Assembly (NCBI GenBank): GCA_030167865.1
Contig: JALAGF010004397.1
Location: forward strand, 1-49,443
Source: Craspedostauros australis
Lineage: Eukaryota
Length of the DNA: 49,443 nt
Direction of reading: 5' to 3'
Shown: one piece after another, positions 23,901 through 34,558 of the stretch
Layout: each line of letters starts with the position of its first letter
Position numbering within the stretch: the stretch's first letter is position 1
Translations under genes and position numbers: made by a program
The notes under the pieces: model-generated
The model's input: only the letters and a program-made list of their open reading frames with translations
What the model was told of the DNA's origin: nothing
Databases searched by the model: none

Positions 23901-25855
23901 AAACTGGGACTACGGGTGACGCGGATGCGCTCGTTGAAAGGAGAGGATGGGCACCGAGAACATTCGCAGGTCACGGTGGTGGATCACACAAGCGAAGAAA
24001 GCCTGTCTTCTTTGAAGGTCATCACCGGGACCACAATCTGCACGTTGGTCTGCATATGCCAATAGCTGGGGAGGGCGAGGGAGAAAGGAAGACCACACAC
24101 AAGAAAATGAACGTTCGACGAAACCGATGCTCTGTCGATCTGTTGTTGGAAGCGCATGGACGGAGAGTTTGATCCTCGATGCAACTGCACAACAAGCCCA
24201 ACAAGCGAAACCTCATCACGCAGTCCAAGCAACTGGGGCTCCGCAGCTTGCTCTGCCATACTCCAACAGTACCTCGCGAGGAAGTGGTTCGGTATACCTC
24301 TTCTCCGTCGTAGCATACACACTGTACATCGGAAGTAACGGCACTCTTTGGCGACTCCGAAGAGACAAAACGACGCCAACCGGCACCCCCGTTTCCGCAA
24401 GAAAGGGAGAAGAAGAGTCTGTTCCGTCGTGTCACGCTTCGCGGATGGTGTCTTGCAGAGCAGACATGGTCCCTTCAACTGCGTTCCCGGTTTTCGATCC
24501 CTCCCTCGTCTCTCATCCATACTGGTAGCAGAAGCACATCGCGACGAAGGAACTCCCACGTGCGGGTTGCCGCGAGGACGGAGATGACCTGAGTTGGACT
24601 GTTGCTGCAGTGGGGTGTGTAGCCCCACAGAGAAGAGAGAAAGCGGAGCCGTCGCAACCTGTTGTGTTCTCTTGGTCTTGCCCGATGACGGGATGAGTCT
24701 ACTCGAAATGAGATTGTGAATGATTGGATTTGGTGCCGTTGTGCCAGAAGACGAGCGGTTGGTGGGCTTTGAGAGGTGCGACCACGGCTGCCTCGTGTGC
24801 GGTGTTGCGTTCCATGTCGCTCCGTCCATCGCGTTCACTTTGTTTGTGTCTGTTCGTGTTTCGGCGATGGGACATCCCATTTTGTGGAGGACATGGTGCC
24901 GCGTAAAGGCACCGTCTGTCATCGCACGTCACAGAACAGGAAGAACACTTGCGTTGTGTGGACGCAAAGACACAGAAGCAGATGTCAACACGATCTACCA
25001 ATTAGATTCACTTGTGCCCGCGCATGCATGGCATCATCCCCAACGTTGTTTCTGGTTGGTTGACTGGGTATACGAACGTGATGACGAGGCGCTAATAATA
25101 TCGAGTTTGTGACGAAACGATGAGCCGACTGTTCTTCAAGTACTAGAGAAACGTGTATTGACTCCCTCGACTCAATATTGATAATACAACAGCCTTTTCC
25201 ACGGTGTAAAGAACTGTTCCTCGCTATCTGATTGGTGAGACGATGACACGACGTTGTTCTGTGGTTATGAGCTATTATCAGTTTGGGGAAGTTCCAGAAG
25301 GGAAACGGACGATTGTCGTGTGGGCAACACAACACAAGAATGAACAAGAAATGAACGGAACATCGTTTCTGGCCTGTTGCATGACGTTGTGTGAAGCGAA
25401 GACGTTCGGGTTGTTGTTGTTGTTGTTCCTTTCCGCGAAAGCGCCACACCAAGAACCGCGAAGACAAAGGCGACAAAACACCCACACGCGATCCGTGCCT
25501 CTTCCTGTCGCGTCGATGCCAGTCTTGGCAGAGAAGGGTTGAGCGCCCTCCTCCGCAATGTAGGTGGATGGTAGGAGGTTGTAGGAGTCGAGTATCATAG
25601 TCGTAGGTGCACCTACACCAAACAACCACAATCACCAAGCACAAGAGAGACAGAAGGAAGACAAAGTGCACGGTTTGGGGCTCACAAATCGAAGCGCAAG
25701 GTGTGTAAAGTGTTGCGCGGAGAGTCGCTGTGCTCGTATCGTGATTGCTCGTACGCACTTACCTGCATACGTACTCCAACTTGTGCGGCGAAGTTGGGGA
25801 AGCGATGATGTTCGTTTTGCCATGTGCCGAAACAAAGGATTGAATGGAGGAACGG

Positions 25856-25894
25856 CATGACATGAGATGACATGAGATGAGATGACATGAGATG
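25856..25894. repeat. (CATGA/GATGA)n pentanucleotide microsatellite
   Basis: catgacatgagatgacatgagatgagatgacatgagatga. Confidence 0.8.
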
Positions 25895-26322
25895 AGTGGG
25901 TTGGATGGAGCAACAAACGAAGAGATGGATTCCTTCCAATGCCCTTGATGCTCACCCATCGCAATTCTTTCTGCTTTCTATGGTCTACTTGACATCCCTT
26001 TGCTTTCCCAATCTGATCGTCAACGCTCCGTTCATCTTTCCAATGAATGCATTCATCACATCACCTTGATGTGTCGCAACCATCGATTCTATTATACATT
26101 GCTCTGCTCTTTCATCAATGGTCTGCCTCCTGTCACTGCTATCGTCGACCAGGGAAGAAAGCGAGTGCAGTGGAGGAATTCAGTTCTTCATGCGACGACT
26201 CGACCAATCCACACCGTTCAACATTCATCCAGCGAAGCATCCCAGAGCTCGCAACCGCACAAGCAACAGCGCCACCACGCCACAACGTAACGCAACGTAA
26301 AGCAACGCAACCTCAATTTGAG

Positions 26323-27087
26323 ATGGCGCCAAACCAATCTGACCATTTCGCTTGCATGCCTTCGAGATTCGAGAGGGACATGGCATCGTTGATGGATGTC
26401 GGGTTCGGCATGATCGGATCCATGCCCGTCACGAACAACAACAACTTCGAGGCTGCCTGCAAGGTTGGGTTTCCGATGGGAACAACACGCCGTCCCTGCA
26501 ACAGCAATACCAACGACGGCAATGACGACGAAAGAGATGAGGATTCGGAAGACAACGAGCTCAACATGTTCACGAATCTCATCCAATCCATCCGCAGCCA
26601 TCACGAGCAGCAATGGCAGGACAATGGACGACCATTTCGCCCGTTGGACTTGTCGGCTCTTCAACCTGCATCCCAGCAACTACAACAACAACAGCAACAG
26701 CCCATGCCAAACACCAACTCGTCGCAGATCAGTGCAGCTTCTGCATCCAAGCAACAATTCTTGCTGCGACGCAACCGCCGCATCCGCAAGCGCGAAATGG
26801 AGCTCATCATGTCCTCTCCCAACCGTCTCACGCAAGGCAACGATAACGACGACGCTACGAATGCCGCAGTCACGACGGTCATGCCGCTGCGCCTGCCAGA
26901 GCTCCACCATGACGATCGCACACGATCACGCAGCGACTCTTTGATCCGCCGCATCCGGTTGCATCGAAGACGAGCGCCATCGAGCACCCCAACGACCGAC
27001 GACTGCTGCTTTGCAGCAACAATGCTCGCGACGTCGCAAGGACAGCAGAAGCGGCGGTCAGCGGATTCTGACTCGGAGGAGCGATGA
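26323..27087 (+). CDS. Hypothetical, largely disordered protein (254 aa from ATG 26323)
   Basis: Coding-like codon usage, with acidic patch, polyQ and basic patches (LLRRNRRIRKRE, IRRIRLHRRR). Followed by an AT-rich 3'UTR-like region. The ORF is open upstream to 26047 but that part looks like UTR. Confidence 0.6.
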   Translation: MAPNQSDHFACMPSRFERDMASLMDVGFGMIGSMPVTNNNNFEAACKVGFPMGTTRRPCNSNTNDGNDDERDEDSEDNELNMFTNLIQSIRSHHEQQWQDNGRPFRPLDLSALQPASQQLQQQQQQPMPNTNSSQISAASASKQQFLLRRNRRIRKREMELIMSSPNRLTQGNDNDDATNAAVTTVMPLRLPELHHDDRTRSRSDSLIRRIRLHRRRAPSSTPTTDDCCFAATMLATSQGQQKRRSADSDSEER

Positions 27088-27776
27088 GGCGGCTCAGCAG
27101 GCCACCGACTACTTCCATACCACTCCATCGTTACGCTGCACCCATTTTACTCTACTATTGCATACCACACCGTACCTGCACATACGAAACATTATTATAC
27201 AAACAAACCAAAGCAACAAACAAGAAAAACAAATCACAATCAAAGCCTGTAACACTACAATACTATAATATATTATACAGCAATACTACTCGACTACAAA
27301 ACGTACGTACGAGTGTGGCATGACTTGCACAGAGCAGCATACCATTCCACATGCATGCTAAAACCTCGATCCCTGCGCCGTGCACCGTCGCGCCGAAATG
27401 CCCTCTCGTTCGATGGGCTTGTCGGATTGCGCACGCAACCACGCCTATTTCCAATCCAGATTGCGGTTCTCGCTGCACGACACAATCCAGAAACGCCATC
27501 CCTTCGACGAGGAGGGGCTGTGGTCCGTGTCGAATCTGTTCGATCACCATCTGACATGCGTACCTGCTGCCGATGTTCGCATTGCGTATCAAGTCTTGCG
27601 GATTCCGTGCAGAATACAGTATCGTGTGGATACAGAAAGACAACCACGCAAATTGAAGATGAAGGTAAGATTGAAGGGACTGCGACTTTACGACAGGTTT
27701 AGAGTGATGGGAATGGGATGGGGCAGTACTACATCATAACATACCATACCATGCATGAGACACACAGGCAGGTTCG

Positions 27777-29270
27777 TCACCGACGCAGCGACACGACCTG
27801 ACGAAACTTCTTGGTGACCACTTCGAAGGTGAGCTGCACCTTCTCCAGCCGCAACCGTTGGATGGTGGTCTGGCGTTGCCTCTGTATCTTCTCGCATTGC
27901 TTCAGGGCGGCCTTGAGCTGCTTGGGTGCGTAGGATTGCAACATTGCGCGCCGGTGCATGCTGGAGAGCTTGAGGTCGTCGCCATGGCGGTGGTAGGATC
28001 GGATGGTGGAATTGATCTGGCGAGACCATCGCTTGAAGTCCTCGGACGAGGATGGCGTTGTTGCGAATGATGACGACGACGACGACGAGGTGCGCTGCGG
28101 TTGTGTTAATGTGCGTTGCGGGGCGGTGGATTCAGGAAGCTGGGCATTCGAAATCTGGTCGTCGCTGTGCGTTGTGGAAAGATGATGCCGCGGGCTGATA
28201 GCAAAACCACGCGCGGCACGTTCATTCGCAGAAGCGATGCTCTCATCCAACCAGTACGTCCTGGTGCCGACCACATCCCAGCCAATGGAGATGGGCAGAC
28301 CGCATGACACCGCCGGGTTATCGCCCAGAATCGTCGGATAGTACTGGACATGCACGCAACCGAATCGAACGCGGCGATGCTGTCGCCTTGTTGCGGTTCT
28401 GGCGCCTGACGTCGCAGGCAAGCGCAACGACAACGACGACAAGTCGCTGTCGGCGATCACCTCGAGCGTCGCGTCTCGCACGGAATTGTGGGGCGCTGAA
28501 CTCCGCACAGAAGAAGCACCGCAGGCGTCTATTCTGCCGTGATCCCCACATTCGCAGCGTGTGGTGTGCGTGTGGGCATCGTTGTCCGTGCTGTTGGTGG
28601 CCCAATCTTCTGTGCTGATCGACATGTCCGTGAGGAGTGTGGATACGGAAGTGTTGATCGTCTTTGTCGACGATGTGTGATTCGGCAAGGTGTTCGTTGG
28701 ATGCAAGTGGTTGGCACGATTGCCGCGGTTGTGGCCAAGCTTTCTGCTGAAGCTCTTCATTTGAACCGCGCTCGCGCTCGTATTTGTACTTGCGCTCGTA
28801 TTGCCCCTCGTGCTTGTTCCTGCGCTCGTATTTAGACCAGTGTTGGTGTTTGTACTCGCACCGCCTTCTCGTCGATGAACTCCGCCAGTTTGATCAACCC
28901 CATCACGCCGCAAAGGTATCAGCATGATCACCCCGCCAGACTCGTGAGCATCATGGTCATCCTCTGTTTCACGCTCATCGTGCTTGCCGCTGCCCTTTCC
29001 GTTGCCGTTGCTGTGGCACGCCCTAACTGGTTTGCGTTCACCTGGAGATGGATGCCGATGCCGATTATGATTATGATGCTGACGATGATGGTGATAATGA
29101 GCATCGTCATGGTCACAGTCATGGTCTTGATCATAATCATAATCGTCATTGCCGATCTGTCGTTCATTCATGGACAGCCTCTCATGCAAAGGCTCGGTGG
29201 CATTGCGTTGCAGGATAGTCGAGGTGGCTGTCATGGTCGGAGCAAGCTCTGTTGTTGTTGTTGTTGCCAT
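27777..29270 (-). CDS. Uncharacterised diatom-type protein with RVRF...GDNP...PISIGW motif (497 aa from ATG 29270)
   Basis: Motif RRVRFGCVHVQYYPTILGDNPAVSCGLPISIGWD and a C-terminal helical block (RRAMLQSYAPKQLKAALKQCEKIQRQRQTT) resemble a family I recall from diatoms and other stramenopiles. His/Asp-rich and Ser/Thr/Asn-repeat N-terminal region. Confidence 0.8.
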   Translation of the reverse strand: MATTTTTELAPTMTATSTILQRNATEPLHERLSMNERQIGNDDYDYDQDHDCDHDDAHYHHHRQHHNHNRHRHPSPGERKPVRACHSNGNGKGSGKHDERETEDDHDAHESGGVIMLIPLRRDGVDQTGGVHRREGGASTNTNTGLNTSAGTSTRGNTSASTNTSASAVQMKSFSRKLGHNRGNRANHLHPTNTLPNHTSSTKTINTSVSTLLTDMSISTEDWATNSTDNDAHTHTTRCECGDHGRIDACGASSVRSSAPHNSVRDATLEVIADSDLSSLSLRLPATSGARTATRRQHRRVRFGCVHVQYYPTILGDNPAVSCGLPISIGWDVVGTRTYWLDESIASANERAARGFAISPRHHLSTTHSDDQISNAQLPESTAPQRTLTQPQRTSSSSSSSFATTPSSSEDFKRWSRQINSTIRSYHRHGDDLKLSSMHRRAMLQSYAPKQLKAALKQCEKIQRQRQTTIQRLRLEKVQLTFEVVTKKFRQVVSLRR

Positions 29271-30194
29271 TTGTTGTCTGTTTCTGGTTTGTGATCTCCA
29301 ATGCAAGCCCCGGCTTGGAACGATCTGTCCTTGCTCGCCTGCCTCCCACACGACAGAAGGCGATGACAAACAACAGAACAGGACGGATTGGTTCGCTTTT
29401 GGCAGAGGTGTTGCCGTCCGAATCTGGAGAGTCTCGTCGACGATGGCAGCGGCTGGCACGTAATAGGTATGTTGGGGAGGTGCTTTGTGTCCTCTTGTTG
29501 CTCCTGCGCTTGCGTGTTTGCTTTGTTGTCTCCGTCACTATCTCCTCTCTCAAGGGAGGTCGAGTATGGAGCGTGCGTGGTGTGTGTGATCCGTGCGGCT
29601 ATGACAGAGAATGATTGTGGATGTGCTCTGTGGCGCGAACGGTGGTGGCTGGGAGCGCTGTTGATTTGTGCCATGCATTACTACGCGAACACGCTGTTGC
29701 GCTTTGTCGTAGCGCCCTCGCACAACGTTGTTGCGTATTGCGTCGTACGTGTTGCGAGCACAAACCCACCAGTACGGTTTTTGCTCGCGAGCCTTTGGTG
29801 CATTCAGCAGAATCGCTTTCGTTACGGTTATTTGTTGCTTCTTTCTCCGCGTCCCCACTGTCGTTGTCAGTTTCCACACTATGGCCCCGCCACTAGGATG
29901 CTTTCCGAAGCTTGTTGTCACAACCGGTGTTTTGCATAGCCAATTGTACCCAATTGTACTCCACTAGCGAACTGGTTTGTCGCATTCTTCTGGGAAACTT
30001 CAGTGCCACGACCGTCGCAATCGCGCTTTGGTGGCAGTGGACGCGAGGGATCCACGTCACCTTTCCACGTCGATAGAGGCCAGTATAAGTACATATTCTA
30101 TGTTCGTTACGCTATTTACAATGTGTGGCACTTTCCTCAGCAACACATACCAATACAGAGGACAGGGCCGCGCTGCCGTGCGCTGCACTTCTTG

Positions 30195-31118
30195 TCAGCG
30201 CTCTCCCACCTCAGCAACACAACTGCAGGTGCGAGTGCAGGTGCAAGTGTGAGCACATCTGCATTCATCACTCCGCACCGACGATCCCCCACCCACAAGG
30301 TTTGGCAACTGCACAGACTGCACATCGCCGTTGGGATGGTACAACTCGACGTAGTTCAGGTGTCCATCTACAATTGCGCGTTGCCGACACTGCGCCGACA
30401 GCTGCTCGGAAATGCTAGAGATCCGTTGCTCATCGCAAGCCAAGCGGGATGCCTTCACCAATGCAGATCGGATGTCACGTTGCGATGCCTTGCGCTGCGA
30501 GGCAAAGTGCTGCAGGTGCCGATCGGCGGCTTTTGGATCTTGGCTGCGCAGCTCGTAGGCGGCTTGCAGCTTCAACATCAGCAGCTCGCGTCCCGTGTAC
30601 CATAGCTTGGATCTTTCACTGTGACATGCCCGGTCGGCGCTGCTCTTTTGCAGCTTGTTTCGTGTGGTTGCATGTTCATGACATCGTATCGAGGCTTGCA
30701 TCGCTTCTTGGTCGAACCAGACTCGTTTGGGCGCTTTCTTGTTGGGACCGTGCATTGGTATGCTGTGGACTTGCTGGAGATGCTTGTTGTGATGAGAGTG
30801 GTTTGGTGTGTGCAAGGAATGCTTGTTCGACGTCCTCTCATGACGATGGACGCATGGCTTGCGATGGTTACGTTGCGCCGATGCATCGTGGTGTGCATGC
30901 GCGATGGTTGCTGCGTGACTGCTCAGCATTCGAAATCCATTCGATTGTGGATGCTGCACCTGCAGCCCCCGCTGTTGGAGCTGTCGTTGCTGGTGAACGC
31001 GCAACTGGAGAAGCTGACGTAGCCATTCGTGCTGGAGTCCATGTTCATGATGCTGCACGTGAGTCTCGTTGTGGTGGTTGGTGTGATCGTTGCCATGCTG
31101 TTGCTGCGGGAGATTCAT
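30195..31118 (-). CDS. Uncharacterised RVxF/LWY-family protein, likely distant paralogue of 2005-3309 (307 aa from ATG 31118)
   Basis: KRVWFD ... KLWYTGRELLMLK ... ISSISEQLSAQCRQRAIVDGHLNYVELY. His/Gln-rich N-terminus. Confidence 0.72.
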   Translation of the reverse strand: MNLPQQQHGNDHTNHHNETHVQHHEHGLQHEWLRQLLQLRVHQQRQLQQRGLQVQHPQSNGFRMLSSHAATIAHAHHDASAQRNHRKPCVHRHERTSNKHSLHTPNHSHHNKHLQQVHSIPMHGPNKKAPKRVWFDQEAMQASIRCHEHATTRNKLQKSSADRACHSERSKLWYTGRELLMLKLQAAYELRSQDPKAADRHLQHFASQRKASQRDIRSALVKASRLACDEQRISSISEQLSAQCRQRAIVDGHLNYVELYHPNGDVQSVQLPNLVGGGSSVRSDECRCAHTCTCTRTCSCVAEVGER

Positions 31119-33688
31119 GGCTGTGCTTGCCTCGAAGGCAAATAGCAGATGTGAGTGACAAAGTAGTGCGAGTATGTATGGCACAAGTACGAGCACAGTA
31201 CCAACCGAAGAATGAATGAGTCAACAAATGACAGTGCAGTGGCTGAATGAATGAATGAATGAATGAATGCTGGCCTGCCTACCTTCTCTTGTCTCGTGAT
31301 GATGATTCATCCAGATTGTGTGATCCTCAGCGCTTTCCCTCGTTCTTTTCTTGCGTTCCCTAGCTGAATTACTCGTCAAGTGGCTGGGGCGCTCGTTGGT
31401 TCATCAAGATCGCAGCTGCACCACGCCTACTCGTGCGCCACCGCAACTGTGTTTGCAACTGATGAGCGCTTCGACGCGACGACCAGCAAGGACTCCGTCA
31501 GGCAGCTCTTGTCTGATCTTGTCTTTGATGGTTATGGAATACTTGTTGTCGCCTGATGTGAAGTGCGCAGCGTCGATGTACAGGTTCCGCCCTGAGTTCG
31601 AGCGCGTTCCTCTCTTCTTTCTTCGGTCTCTCTGTTGGTCTCTGTTGGCCTCTATTGGTCTCTCTTGGAATCCATTACGTTGTTTCATTTCGTGACGCGC
31701 GTGATACGCTCACATCAACATGCTTGTGTGGAACCTCGCACACGACTCCTCGTGGCTTGGAATACCATTGAGCGTCGCGAAGGTCATCAGAACGGTTTGG
31801 ATTCATTTGGGATCACGAAGAGACCAGCCCCCGAAGAAAAAGAAGCCGTGTTCTTCTTCCTTCGTCAGGAACATGTGTTCCCTCATTCTCTAGACATTTC
31901 CGGAGTATTCCGCACGTACAGCGCGTTATTCACAAAAAAGGTGTTTGCGTCCGCCACAACCCAATATCTACTATTCAAGCATAGACCGCGACTCAGCATC
32001 GCTCTGTGTCGCCAGCCATTTGCTCTCCCCCAAATAGGTCACCTCCCCCTTTTCGGCAAGGCAAAACAGAAAGACTCAAACACACAGCAACGCAATTCTG
32101 TTCCTCACAGTTGCTGTCCACCCATCTCTTGAGCTATCTTTGTGCACGAGTGCGCAAGAGGATCGCCAGCCTCGAAAAGCAAATGGCAACCCCCGCATGG
32201 ACTCTATTGCACTTCATGGTCTCCTTCTGCACGGCGGGGTGAAAGCGTAGCTCAAACCACGGCCATCGAAACTACGATTCGAATCATCTCTCTCTAGATT
32301 CGATGATGCTGACTAAGCCAGCAAATATCGAAGGTGGAACTTCTGGCGAAGTACGTCATCTCACGTTCGACAAACGTCGACGACTGAAATAGGCCGGTTG
32401 GTTCTGTTTTGCTACTGACGTCTGGAAGACATGGCTTGTCCGCATTTGATTGGTTCGGTGACGCACGGCATCTGTTTCGATGTCTTCCTTGTTCTGTGCC
32501 ATTTGCTCAACTCGCCGTCTTTTGTCGTTTCCCACCATGGTGATGTGTGTGCGTGTGGAGATGTACGACCTGGTCTGTACTCGTGCCAAGTACTGCAGCC
32601 CGAGATCGCGTTGTCATCTGCGAGGAGAGTTCGTCGTATCCACCAGCACAGCACATCCTCGGTGCCTCTTACCATACTCGTGCCGCAGCGCCGACAAGAG
32701 GGACCCGCAATCCAGAGGCCCGTATCGTTCGGCATCCCAACGAACTCATGCACCATCCATCACCTGTGATCCACTCAGCTAGATCCTCCCCCGCGACTCG
32801 AAGAACCTCACAAACGACCACTGACACCGCCCACTTCCCGTCAGCTCTTGCAGTGTAGCACATTCATGGAATAGAGCACGAGTAGTCGACCACAATTGAA
32901 GGGTAAGTGGATCCTCACACAGTTGCAAACATACTCGTACCGTACACACACACACACACACACACACATACATACACACACATACATGCACGACAAGCAT
33001 CAGTGCTTGCTGCAACAACAACAGCGGTTCTGCGAACCTCGATCAGATAGATATCTACCGAATCCATCCTTGTTGCACCTTTGCGCATGCTATTGCAATA
33101 ACGAAGATCGCGCGTGTGTGAGTGAGTCCATGAGTTTGCAAGTCGATGAGTTTGCGAGGTTGAGTGCGAGGATCGCGAGGACCGTGATGATGGACTGAGG
33201 TAATAGTCCACTGCTCATGGGCAGCGCGATGGCAAAAAGCAGATATAATATGTTGCAAGGTGCCTGCTTGTTGGCTGCGTGTGATTGACGGAAGGGAATT
33301 GGGAGCGTGGACTTCCAACAGCCACCACCACACAAGGCTTGGAACACCTCAACGTTCCGTGCTACTCCACGAGTACGCTGTGCTGGTGCAACATGAGCGA
33401 ACATTACCGTCACTACCCGTGCATCATGGTCTTCTAACAATACGCATGCTCTGTTCTGTTCTGTTCTCTGTCTTGCTCTGCCACAATTGTGCCATTCTCT
33501 ACTCGTATCGGGTCGACTCTGATCTGGAAACTGATGTGTTCTGTAATGCAATACAATACATTATTCTATATTCTATGATGATATTCTACACTTCATGTCG
33601 GACTGCGCGAAACCATCTGCGATAGCCAACTACACCTTACCATACGATATCATACCAGACCATCGAATTTGTAGTTCACGAGCTTAGA

Positions 33689-34558
33689 ATGTGCCAAACC
33701 AACGGCGATCCGAGCAACCAACCCAACAACGACCAAAATCCCAGGCACGACCCGATGCAGGAACAGAAGCAAGAGCAAGAAGAGAATCATGCGATGATGG
33801 TCGATGCCGTGGCCATGTCCGCGCGTGACAAGAGGTCGCAACCGCACGGTCACTACCAGCAAGAGAAGAAGGAAGAGTCAGACCTGGAGCTTTTCGAGAG
33901 AATCTTGGGTACCTTGAGGCGCCGGCATGCCGAGGTTCCTTTGTTCCATGACTTCGCACGGCTGGATGACTGTCATCAGATCGTGACACGCACGGACATG
34001 GGTTCTGGGGGCGCCGGTCAGAAGATTCCGGGTGGTTCGTATCCCTGCCAACACCTTGACACCGCCCATGGGTCTGTCAACGCGTGCGACTTTTCCTCGT
34101 GTCAAGCGCCGGCGAATGCCAGGCTCCTCTCGACCCTCCCACCGGCCCTGACGCTGCCGCGCGGCCCCATCCAGCTGCGGCGGCTCTCCTACCGAGTCTT
34201 CCAGCGTGGCCCAACATCTCTTTCAAGCGACGAGGCAGCCAGTGTGCCTTCGCCAGGCTTTGAAGCCGTCTTGGATGCGCAGAGAGATAGTGTCGCGAAC
34301 GCGATGCTCGCCCTGTACGCCAGTGACCCTGCCAAGAACGACGGCGATGACATCATGGACGGTGGCTTGGAGTTCATATCAGGCTCTCATCATCGTCGAA
34401 GAGATACCATGCCCGAGAGTTCCGTCGAGACTGGCGATGCTAACAGCGACAGCAACAGAAACGGCAGCCGGGGGCGCTCCAACGAGAACGGCGCCAAGAG
34501 AGACGTAGAAGTCGATCTTGATGCTGGCGACTGGCATACGATCCCGCTAGATCTATGA
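33689..34558 (+). CDS. Hypothetical protein, 289 aa
   Basis: ATG-initiated, GC3-rich ORF with acidic disordered termini and a more ordered core (LELFERILGTLRRRHAEVPLFHDF...LTLPRGPIQLRRLSYRVFQRG...VANAMLALYA). No family recognised. Confidence 0.65.
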   Translation: MCQTNGDPSNQPNNDQNPRHDPMQEQKQEQEENHAMMVDAVAMSARDKRSQPHGHYQQEKKEESDLELFERILGTLRRRHAEVPLFHDFARLDDCHQIVTRTDMGSGGAGQKIPGGSYPCQHLDTAHGSVNACDFSSCQAPANARLLSTLPPALTLPRGPIQLRRLSYRVFQRGPTSLSSDEAASVPSPGFEAVLDAQRDSVANAMLALYASDPAKNDGDDIMDGGLEFISGSHHRRRDTMPESSVETGDANSDSNRNGSRGRSNENGAKRDVEVDLDAGDWHTIPLDL

